The position numbers were made by a program, and so were the translations under genes. DNA of 63,337 nt from a virus (taxonomy: Duplodnaviria; Caudoviricetes): IMG/VR virus record IMGVR_UViG_3300017747_003155, positions 1-63,337 of that record; one strand, given 5' to 3'. The notes under the pieces are model-generated. The model searched no databases, was not told the origin of the DNA, and saw only the letters and a program-made list of their open reading frames with translations. Numbering within the stretch: position 1 is the stretch's first letter; every line of letters begins with the position of its first letter. Shown piece after piece: positions 55,157 to 62,897 of the stretch.

Positions 55157-55547
55157 AGGTCTGGACGGTGTCGAGGATGCCTTCACTGAGATTGACGAGT
55201 GCCACCTTGGCCTCCGGGGTGGAGAGGTAATCGGCCTTCGGTTTGTAGGACCGGACCAGCGCGGCCGCCATGGCGCTGTACGCGGGTTCCGCCGAGACTT
55301 CATTGAGCGCGATCGCGAGTGCTTCCGCGGTCGGGGACTCGGACAACGCGACCAGTTGGATCTTCGCTGCCGCGAGTCGAAGTTCACTGAGCGCCTTGGC
55401 CCGGCGGGCGTCCGGCACCTGTTCGAGATAGGCCACGGTCGCGATCGATGCGGCGGGGCGAATTTGTGCCGGCTCGAACTGCAGGCCGGCGCAGGACGCC
55501 AGCAGACATGATGCGATGCAGGCGAGGATGGGTAGTCGGTGTTTCAT
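55131..55547 (-). CDS. Antisense lipoprotein
   Basis: MKHRLPILACIASCLLAS-C lipobox; helical mature part. Confidence 0.75.
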   Translation of the reverse strand: MKHRLPILACIASCLLASCAGLQFEPAQIRPAASIATVAYLEQVPDARRAKALSELRLAAAKIQLVALSESPTAEALAIALNEVSAEPAYSAMAAALVRSYKPKADYLSTPEAKVALVNLSEGILDTVQTYEKSLPSK

Positions 55548-55606
55548 GGTCGCGAAGCGAAACGCGGGTTGACCCAGCCCGCAAGCGGGAATAATCGTCC
55601 GCACCC

Positions 55607-56143
55607 ATGAAAATCGAATCCCACATTGTGAAGCTCACGCTGCTTCTTTTCGCAGCCATCCTAGCCATCATTCTGTCCACGGCCGCACAGGCACAGGAGA
55701 AACCCGTTCGAGTCGTCTGGGACCCGCCTGAAGGCGAGGAAGTCCAGCGTGTCGACGGCTACAATGTTTACCGGGTGACCATCACCCCGATGCTGCGGCC
55801 CGCCGACTACGATGTGAACCTGACCACGCCGCTGGCGCCCGAATACACGATGGCCTACCAGAAACTGAACACCGAACTGATCCCCAAGGGCACGTTCGAG
55901 TTCACGATCGAAAAGGCGACGCCCGGCTTCCAGACGATCGTGCGAGCGTACTCGAAGACATGGGATGTCGAATCGCCCGACTCGGATGTCCTGACCCTAC
56001 GGGATGCCCCCGGCAAGGTGCAAGGCCACAAAGTGACGGCATTGGTGCTCGAATCCTCTGTCGACCTCCAGAAGTGGGTGCAGCGTGCCGTGTACGAACT
56101 CGCCTTCGTGGCCCCCACCGAAGTCTTCCGTCTCCGCTGGTAA
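55607..56143 (+). CDS. Secreted fibronectin-III-like protein with C-terminal 'LESSxDLxxW...FRLR' motif
   Basis: Sec signal ending AQA; 'VVWDPP...VDGYNVYR...VRAY...ESPDS'. Confidence 0.7.
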   Translation: MKIESHIVKLTLLLFAAILAIILSTAAQAQEKPVRVVWDPPEGEEVQRVDGYNVYRVTITPMLRPADYDVNLTTPLAPEYTMAYQKLNTELIPKGTFEFTIEKATPGFQTIVRAYSKTWDVESPDSDVLTLRDAPGKVQGHKVTALVLESSVDLQKWVQRAVYELAFVAPTEVFRLRW

Positions 56144-56155
56144 CCCGTCACCGCC

Positions 56156-56773
56156 ATGCAGATCACCCCTTCGCACTACCTCGACACCGCCATCAAGGAT
56201 GTTCTGCCGGGCGGCGAGCCGATGAATGTCCGGCGGTTCCTCGTCATCCACTTCACGGGCGGCTGGACGGCCCAGTCCAGCATCGACTTCTGGCGGACGA
56301 AAGCCGCGAAGGGAGCGAACGCGCATCTCATCATCGACCGCGACGGCACGACCTTCCAGTGTCGACCGTTCAACCGCACGGCCGGCCACGCCGGGGTGAG
56401 TCGCTGGACGGACCCGAAGACCGGGATCGTCTACCGCGGCCTGAATTCGTGCAGCATCGGGATCGAGCTTGCCAACTGCGGCGACCTCGCCCGTTCGACC
56501 TACCCGCAGACGATGCCGATTGGCTTCGCGGGCGAACCGATCCCGCGCTACCGCGGACGACACAAGAACGGCGGGCAGACCAAAGACTGGGAGACCTACG
56601 ACAAGCGGCAACTCGACGCCGTGCTGGCGATCGGTCGACTGCTCTGCACCCGATACAAGCTCGACGACGTTGTCGGGCATGACGACATCGCCCCCGAGCG
56701 CAAGAACGATCCCGGCCCGGCATTCCCGATGACCGAGATCCGGGGGGCACTCGGATATCCGCCATTGCCATGA
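56156..56773 (+). CDS. Endolysin, N-acetylmuramoyl-L-alanine amidase (Amidase_2)
   Basis: 'LVIHFT', 'AHLIIDRDG', 'HAG.S.W', 'NSCSIGIELAN', 'GHDDIAP.RK.DPGP.FP'. Confidence 0.95.
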   Translation: MQITPSHYLDTAIKDVLPGGEPMNVRRFLVIHFTGGWTAQSSIDFWRTKAAKGANAHLIIDRDGTTFQCRPFNRTAGHAGVSRWTDPKTGIVYRGLNSCSIGIELANCGDLARSTYPQTMPIGFAGEPIPRYRGRHKNGGQTKDWETYDKRQLDAVLAIGRLLCTRYKLDDVVGHDDIAPERKNDPGPAFPMTEIRGALGYPPLP

Positions 56774-56868
56774 CACCATTTTCGCTATTCTTTCCATCGT
56801 TGGCGCTCGCCGTGTGGCGGGCAAACCGATCGCTGGACCCAAGACAAAGACCCATACAACTGAACATC

Positions 56869-57204
56869 ATGCCCGGAAATTATTCTGCCACTCAGGCCAT
56901 CACCGTCATCGGTGCGCTGCTCGCCCTCGCGGGTGAACTGCGTGTCCAACTGAAGGAAGCCAAGGCCGCACTGAAACCCGCACAGGACGACTTGCGCGCC
57001 CTTGCGGAAGAAGACGCCGCGATCGAAGCCAAGCTGGCCGAGGTCCAAGCGACCCTCGACGGCTGGAGCGCCGAAGATGCCGCCCCGACCGACCCGGAGA
57101 CTCCACCGACCGATCCGGTGCCTCCGACCGACCCCGCGCCACCGGAGGACCCCGTCCCCCCAGCGGGCGATGGCGGCGACCTCGCGCCGCCCGCGGGGCA
57201 GTAG
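56869..57204 (+). CDS. Coiled-coil protein with PTDP repeats (lysis-associated, possible spanin)
   Basis: Short hydrophobic N-terminus, heptads, (P-T/E-D-P-x-P)n tail. Confidence 0.55.
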   Translation: MPGNYSATQAITVIGALLALAGELRVQLKEAKAALKPAQDDLRALAEEDAAIEAKLAEVQATLDGWSAEDAAPTDPETPPTDPVPPTDPAPPEDPVPPAGDGGDLAPPAGQ

Positions 57205-57234
57205 TTTTCATCCTGTCGCGAGGATGATGTGTGG

Positions 57235-57273
57235 GTGAAGGCCGATCCTTTTGGGGGTCGGCCTTCACTGTTT
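57235..57273 (+). terminator. Intrinsic terminator ending the late region
   Basis: GTGAAGGCCGATCC-loop-GGGTCGGCCTTCAC followed by TGTTT. Confidence 0.75.
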
Positions 57274-57305
57274 CTCGGGTCGGGGTCAAAAGAACCCAAC
57301 CCGAG
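57274..57305. repeat. 32-bp palindrome H4
   Basis: CTCGGGTCGGGGTCAAAAGAACCCAACCCGAG. Confidence 0.9.
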
Positions 57306-57348
57306 ATTTTGGGGGCGCTCTCGATATAGCCGGGAAAAGTTTATGAAG

Positions 57349-57400
57349 ATGCGCAACTTTTGTTTACAGTTTGCGCAAAGGTTGATAGAATGGCATCTCC
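57349..57400 (+). promoter_or_regulatory. Operator-bearing promoter P7
   Basis: TTTACA(57363)-N17-TAGAAT(57386); TGCGCAA and TTGCGCAA. Confidence 0.85.
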
Positions 57401-57414
57401 ACCCCACCGCATCC

Positions 57415-57624
57415 ATGAAAATCGAAATCATCCAAGCCATTCAGGATCGTCTCGCTGAGAACGCGGCCGGCCTTACTCCAGCCGAGCGTTACGAGCTTCA
57501 TCCTGATTCGCAGTATGGCGGCGACGGTCCATGGAACAACTACGGCGAGGAAGACGGTCCGCCGGCCCCGTACGTCCCTTTTGTTTGGGTCAACGACGGT
57601 CCTCCTGCTCCCGATTTCTTTTGA
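57415..57624 (+). CDS. Hypothetical protein (first gene after P7)
   Basis: Start motif CCACCGCATCCATG. Confidence 0.65.
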   Translation: MKIEIIQAIQDRLAENAAGLTPAERYELHPDSQYGGDGPWNNYGEEDGPPAPYVPFVWVNDGPPAPDFF

Positions 57625-57648
57625 TCGACCCCCCACCCCACCGCATCC

Positions 57649-57861
57649 ATGATCCACGCCGTCCGCATCCACTTCGTTCGCGAGTTTACCTCCGGCGCCT
57701 TGAAGGGCCTGACCCACAAGGAATGGATCCAATTCGTCTCCCGCGATCGCGCCGCCAAATGGTGCCGGGGAATCCGCCGCAACGCCCGTGCCGGTCTGCT
57801 CGACTACCGCCTGCAATCCTTTTCCGTCGAACACATCACCATCAACCCACTGAAACCATGA
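57649..57861 (+). CDS. Hypothetical protein
   Basis: Start motif CCACCGCATCCATG. Confidence 0.65.
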   Translation: MIHAVRIHFVREFTSGALKGLTHKEWIQFVSRDRAAKWCRGIRRNARAGLLDYRLQSFSVEHITINPLKP

Positions 57862-58130
57862 ACGATACACGCCGCAAAGCCATCCAGAAGATCCGCTCCG
57901 AAATCGAAGAACTGAAGTCCAAGGCCGAAGACCTGAAGTCCCAGATCGAGACCATCAAGGACGAAGAACAGGAGTACTTCGACAACATGCCCGAGGGACT
58001 TCAATCGTCCGAGAAAGGCGAACGCGCCGAGGAAGCGATCAGTGCCCTTGAGCAAGCGGAATCAAGTCTCGGAGACATCGACTGCGCGCTGGACGAAGCG
58101 TTTGATTCGCTCGATACTGCCGCCGCATAA
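57858..58130 (+). CDS. Conserved phage coiled-coil hypothetical protein
   Basis: 'MN..RRK.I...EEQEYFDNMPE.LQ.SEKGE.AEE'. Confidence 0.8.
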   Translation: MNDTRRKAIQKIRSEIEELKSKAEDLKSQIETIKDEEQEYFDNMPEGLQSSEKGERAEEAISALEQAESSLGDIDCALDEAFDSLDTAAA

Positions 58131-58165
58131 ATTCACCCCACAACCAACCACGATCCACCACACCC

Positions 58166-59077
58166 ATGAAAGTCCACTCGCTCGCCTTCATCAAAGAATG
58201 CCCCGACAAAGCGCCGCTCGAAGCGGTCGAAGGCACCATCACCAAACTGTTCGGGCGCAAGTCCGGCACCACCGCCAAGGGGGAATGGTCGCTCCAGAAC
58301 GGCGAACTCATGACGCCCGAAGGCCCGATCGGCATCCTGTTCAACGGATGCCCGGAAGTCGATCAGTCATGGCGGAACAAGAAGGTCCGCATCTGCTCGA
58401 CCGTCCACGACAACAAGCGTTCGGGCCTGTATGCCCACGATGACAAATACAAGGGCAACCAGACCCGGATCGTCCGGATGACCTCGACCTATCAGATGTT
58501 CGACCTCGCCCAAGCGCATCAGGGTGGCGGACTGGTCGAGGCGTTCGACCAGCGGAATGCCCCGCCTTCGCAGCAGGCGCCCGCCCCAGCGCCCGAACCG
58601 CAGCGGGTGTACGATCATGCCCCCCAGACCCAAAACGCGCCTACACGCCAACCTCAGGCAAATGGCGACTTCGACTTCGTGACCGCCGTTCGGCAGAAGA
58701 TCGCGAAGATCGCCTGCCTGCAGTCCGTCTGCTACGATGCCGCGGTCCACAACGCGCACCGGATCTTCGAGAATCACGGCATCGCGATCATGCCCGGCGC
58801 GGTCGGGGTGATGGGTGACAAGATCTTCATGGAAACCATCCGCCGCATCGACATCGACCTCCTGCCGATGGATTCCTACAAGCAGCACCCCTTCAAGGGC
58901 AAGCCGATGGACATCCTGATCCCGCACATGCGCCAGCAGATCGCCGAAGGGAAGGCTGAAATCGACTGGGGCGCGAACGAGGCCCGCCACGCCCTTGGCC
59001 AACAGGCGATGACCCAAGCCGCCAACACCCCGCCCCCGATTGCCGAAGAACACGTGGACGAGACGGTCCCTTTCTGA
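58166..59077 (+). CDS. OB-fold ssDNA-binding protein (RPA-like N-terminus, acidic PF tip)
   Basis: Beta-rich N-domain, Pro/Gln linker, C-terminal 'EEHVDETVPF' like SSB tips. Confidence 0.6.
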   Translation: MKVHSLAFIKECPDKAPLEAVEGTITKLFGRKSGTTAKGEWSLQNGELMTPEGPIGILFNGCPEVDQSWRNKKVRICSTVHDNKRSGLYAHDDKYKGNQTRIVRMTSTYQMFDLAQAHQGGGLVEAFDQRNAPPSQQAPAPAPEPQRVYDHAPQTQNAPTRQPQANGDFDFVTAVRQKIAKIACLQSVCYDAAVHNAHRIFENHGIAIMPGAVGVMGDKIFMETIRRIDIDLLPMDSYKQHPFKGKPMDILIPHMRQQIAEGKAEIDWGANEARHALGQQAMTQAANTPPPIAEEHVDETVPF

Positions 59078-59115
59078 TACAACTCGACCACCACAACCAC
59101 TGACCCACCACACCC

Positions 59116-61224
59116 ATGCTCAAATCCATCCACATCGGAAACGTCAAAGGCGTCACCACCGACATCACGTTCGCTCCCTTCACGGCTATCGTCGGATCGA
59201 ACTTCTCAGGCAAAACCGCAGTCGCGGATGCCATCCGGCTCTCTCTGCTCGGGTACGTCCCGGCGCTCGGCAAACAGAACGCCGCATCCTACCAGTTGGC
59301 GAGCGGCGACCCCATGCTGGTCGACGCCGTGCTGGAAAACCCGACCCACCGCTTCATGCGGACATGGGCCATGAAGAAGGGTTCGGTCAAGCGGACCGAC
59401 GCCTGCACAACCGAATGGCCGGCCGAAATCCTCGACATCGGGGTGTGGCTCGGGGCCAGCAAGAAAGAGCGGATCAGCATGGTGGCGGGCGCCAGCGGTG
59501 CGTCGGAAGAACTCGCCGCGCTGGTCGAAAAGGAATACGGTCTGCCGGAAGTCGACACGATCGAAAAGCTGGAGCGGACGATCGCTGAACTGACCGAGGA
59601 AGCGAAGAACATCCGCACCCAGATTGCGGTCTTCGCTGGATCGATGCAGGGGACGACCGAAATCGACACCGACCTCGCCCCCGTGACGGTCGACCCCGAT
59701 GAACGCCCGAAGGCACACGCCGCCCTGCTGGCCGCCCGTGACGCTCAGGTCGCCGCCGTCGAGCACCAGCGCCACATCGAACAACTGGAGATGGAGGCGG
59801 ACGAAGCCGACGCCGAACTCGAAGACGTCCCGTCTGCCCCCACCGAGGACATCGAAGCCGAACTCGATCGCCTCAAGGCCGGGAGCGCCACAGCCGAAGC
59901 CGACCTTGCCCGGGCGAAGAAAGACCTCGCGCTGCTGGACGAAGAAATCCGCAACCTGAATGCGAAGCTCACCACCAAGCGGCAGGAACGGATCGAACTG
60001 GTCGGGCCGTTGACCGAATCGCAGGTCAGGATCGAGTTGGCGGATCTTGCCGGCGTGGTCGAGATGCCCGCCGAGACCATCAAGGACGCTGCCGACGCCG
60101 TCTCGAAGGTCCAGTCGACGATCGCTGGCCATCGGGCGAACGCCGCCACGCTGGCACGCCGCCGCGACGAACTCCAGTCGAAGATCGACGGGATGAATGC
60201 GCTGGAATGTTGCCCGACATGCCGCGCATCCGCGGACGGTTGGCGGGACGCAGTCCTGAACACCTACCGGGCCGACCTGAACACCATCAAGGACCAACTG
60301 GACTCCACCGGGGCATTGATCGACGAACTCGCCTCCGACCTGCGCCGGAAGGAATTGGCTCTGGATGACCTGAACCGCGAGGCCGGCAACTGGAAGCGGA
60401 AGAACCTCCTGCACCGGGTCGACTACATCGTCCGCGAGATGGTCGAGATCCAAGACAAGATCGACACCAAGGTCGGCGAACATCAGGACCTCCGGACCAA
60501 GGTAGCCGAATCGGAAGCCCCCGGAATGATCCCGGCTCGGATCGAAGTCCTCAAGGCTGCGCTGGCGAAATCCCGCGCCGCCGCGAAATACCGGGAGGCC
60601 GCCGCGCGCCGCCCGGCACCCACCGCCCTGAACGATGCCGTGTCTGCGGTCGAGGCCGCAACGACGGCGCTCGAACAGGCGGAAGTCGCCTACGCGGCCG
60701 CGGTCGCGCACGCCGAGTCCGCCGCCAAGCAAGCGGAACGCCAGCGGGTCATCTCCGAGGCCCGCGATCGACACGACGCACTGACGGAACAACGGGACGC
60801 CAAGAACCTCGTGATTTCGGGCCTGTCGGAAATCCTCCGCTCTCAGAACGATGCGCTCTGGGGTTCGATCAATCGGGCGTGCCAGTTGTTCGCGAATGTC
60901 GCCGTGGAATGCAAGCTCGGCGTCCGTGACGGGGACATCGGGGCATGGGTCAATGGATCGTTCGTGCCCTACGAGGCACTGTCGGGGTCGGAACAATTGC
61001 TCGCCGCCGCCGCCGTCCAGCTTGGCCTGTGCTTCAAGGCACCGTGCCGCATCCTCCTGCTCGACGAACTTTCCCGCATGAGCAACGAGACGAAGCACGA
61101 ACTGAAATCCATCCTCCGAAACCTGCTCGACGAGAAACTGGTGGACCAAGTCATCGTCTGCGACTGGGCCAAACCCTACTGGCAGCAAGCCGGCGACGTC
61201 ACGGTTGTCGACCTTGATGCGTGA
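59116..61224 (+). CDS. SbcC/Rad50-like ABC ATPase
   Basis: Walker A GSNFSGKT, long coiled coils, Zn hook CPTC, signature LSGSEQ, Walker B LLLDE. Confidence 0.9.
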   Translation: MLKSIHIGNVKGVTTDITFAPFTAIVGSNFSGKTAVADAIRLSLLGYVPALGKQNAASYQLASGDPMLVDAVLENPTHRFMRTWAMKKGSVKRTDACTTEWPAEILDIGVWLGASKKERISMVAGASGASEELAALVEKEYGLPEVDTIEKLERTIAELTEEAKNIRTQIAVFAGSMQGTTEIDTDLAPVTVDPDERPKAHAALLAARDAQVAAVEHQRHIEQLEMEADEADAELEDVPSAPTEDIEAELDRLKAGSATAEADLARAKKDLALLDEEIRNLNAKLTTKRQERIELVGPLTESQVRIELADLAGVVEMPAETIKDAADAVSKVQSTIAGHRANAATLARRRDELQSKIDGMNALECCPTCRASADGWRDAVLNTYRADLNTIKDQLDSTGALIDELASDLRRKELALDDLNREAGNWKRKNLLHRVDYIVREMVEIQDKIDTKVGEHQDLRTKVAESEAPGMIPARIEVLKAALAKSRAAAKYREAAARRPAPTALNDAVSAVEAATTALEQAEVAYAAAVAHAESAAKQAERQRVISEARDRHDALTEQRDAKNLVISGLSEILRSQNDALWGSINRACQLFANVAVECKLGVRDGDIGAWVNGSFVPYEALSGSEQLLAAAAVQLGLCFKAPCRILLLDELSRMSNETKHELKSILRNLLDEKLVDQVIVCDWAKPYWQQAGDVTVVDLDA

Positions 61225-61264
61225 TGGACAAGCTCCGGGGGTGGTGGAATAATTCCGCCACCCC

Positions 61265-61293
61265 CCTTCACCCCACGACCCACTGAACCCATG
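61265..61293 (+). repeat. 29-bp direct repeat, copy 1 (UvrD leader)
   Basis: CCTTCACCCCACGACCCACTGAACCCATG, identical to 62869..62897. Confidence 0.9.
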
Positions 61294-62868
61294 CAACTGA
61301 CAAAATCACAGAGCACTGCCGCCGTCGATCCGAGTCCAAAGAAGGTCATCATCGCCGGCCCCGGCTCGGGCAAGACCCACACGACCATTCGAGCGATCGA
61401 GCTCGACATCGCGACCGCCAAGCAGAAAGGCGACCCGAACCCCGAGTCCCGCATCATCGCCATCACCTTCACGGTGCGAGCCGCCCAGCAACTGAGGGAA
61501 AAGCTGAACGAAAAAGGCATCTTCCCGTTCCACGTTGGCACCCTGCATTCCTTCATCCTCCGGGTGATGTCGTCGACCGCCGGTCGGATCACCCTGCTGG
61601 ACGAACGGTCTGCCGAGGATGCGATCAGCGGCATCATCAAGTCGCTGCGCCTGTCGGTCACGGCCGCTCAGGTGCGGGCAGTCCTTGGCCTGACCAAGAA
61701 GACCGCGCCGATGATCGAGACGGTCATCAAGGCCTACCGGAAAATGCTGCGGCAGGCGAACGCGGCCGACTACGACACCCTGCTGCTGGACGGCGTGGAC
61801 GCGGTCCGAAACTTCAAGATCCCCGGCGGGTGGTTCCTGTACGTCGACGAATTCCAAGATTCATCCCCCGTCGACGTTGCCATCTACAACGGCCTCGAAT
61901 GCGCCCGGATGTGGGTGGTCGGCGACCCTGACCAGTCGATCTATGGCTGGCGTGGCGCCCGGATGGAAAACCTGATCGAGATTGCCCAGCGGCCGGATTT
62001 CGTGGTGCACTACCTCCCCGACAATTTCCGCTCGACCCCGGATGTGGTCGACGCCTGCCAGAAGTTGATCCGCCAGAACACGAAGCGCCTCAACTACACC
62101 CCGAACGTCGTGCGGATCGACCGCGGGCGCGTCTATTCCGCTGCCTACGCGACCGCAGAGGATGAGGTGGCGGGAATACGCGCCGCCGTCAAGGACACGG
62201 GCCTACCGGGATCTTGGGGGATTCTCACACGATACAACCGGGACCGTGAGGAAATCGAACAGGCACTCAGGTCTGCCGGCGTGGACGTTGGCGACCCGCC
62301 GCCGCCCCTGCCTCCCGACTACCGGCTCGGCATGGCGTGGCTGGCAATGATCGCGAACCCGTCGAGCCGCATAGCGCACGAATCCCTCCTGCGAGCCCAA
62401 TACCCGGCGCCCGTGGCCCAGAAGCGGATCGAGATGGGGGATGCGATCGTCAAAACGTGGCCCGACGCTTTCGAGACATGGAACGACCTCGCGACCGTCC
62501 TGCACCAGAAGGGTGTGGGGCGTGGATTCCTCAAGCTGTTGTTCGACGCCTTCGAGGCGACGGGATCGCTCGACCCCGGCCAGCTTGCTCTGGCGATGAT
62601 CCCCGAGCAAGGCGGGCGCGCCGGCCGGGTGCGGGTCATGACGATGCACGGCGCAAAGGGGTTGGAATTCGACAACGTCTGGATCGCCGCCACGGACCTC
62701 GCCCGCGTCCCGACTGAAATCGAAGCCGAACGCCGCCTGTTCTATGTCGCGATGACGCGAGCGAAAAATCACCTTTGGGTTTCGTGCTCTCGGGTGCGTG
62801 TTAACTTCTACACGAATCGGGTGGAAGACCGGATCGTCAGTCCGTTCTCTCCCCCGATCGACCTCTAA
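61291..62868 (+). CDS. UvrD/Rep-family SF1 helicase
   Basis: AGPGSGKT, ITFT, GTLHS, VDEFQD, VGDPDQSIYGWRGA, NFRS, TMHGAKGLEF, ERRLFYVAMTRAK. Confidence 0.95.
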   Translation: MQLTKSQSTAAVDPSPKKVIIAGPGSGKTHTTIRAIELDIATAKQKGDPNPESRIIAITFTVRAAQQLREKLNEKGIFPFHVGTLHSFILRVMSSTAGRITLLDERSAEDAISGIIKSLRLSVTAAQVRAVLGLTKKTAPMIETVIKAYRKMLRQANAADYDTLLLDGVDAVRNFKIPGGWFLYVDEFQDSSPVDVAIYNGLECARMWVVGDPDQSIYGWRGARMENLIEIAQRPDFVVHYLPDNFRSTPDVVDACQKLIRQNTKRLNYTPNVVRIDRGRVYSAAYATAEDEVAGIRAAVKDTGLPGSWGILTRYNRDREEIEQALRSAGVDVGDPPPPLPPDYRLGMAWLAMIANPSSRIAHESLLRAQYPAPVAQKRIEMGDAIVKTWPDAFETWNDLATVLHQKGVGRGFLKLLFDAFEATGSLDPGQLALAMIPEQGGRAGRVRVMTMHGAKGLEFDNVWIAATDLARVPTEIEAERRLFYVAMTRAKNHLWVSCSRVRVNFYTNRVEDRIVSPFSPPIDL

Positions 62869-62897
62869 CCTTCACCCCACGACCCACTGAACCCATG
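62869..62897 (+). repeat. 29-bp direct repeat, copy 2 (initiator leader)
   Basis: Identical to 61265..61293. Confidence 0.9.

Noticed and set aside
59116-62868. Gabija defence system (ABC ATPase plus UvrD)
   Set aside because: The ATPase has a Rad50 Zn hook and long coiled coils, shows no TOPRIM nuclease domain, and lies in the replication operon.
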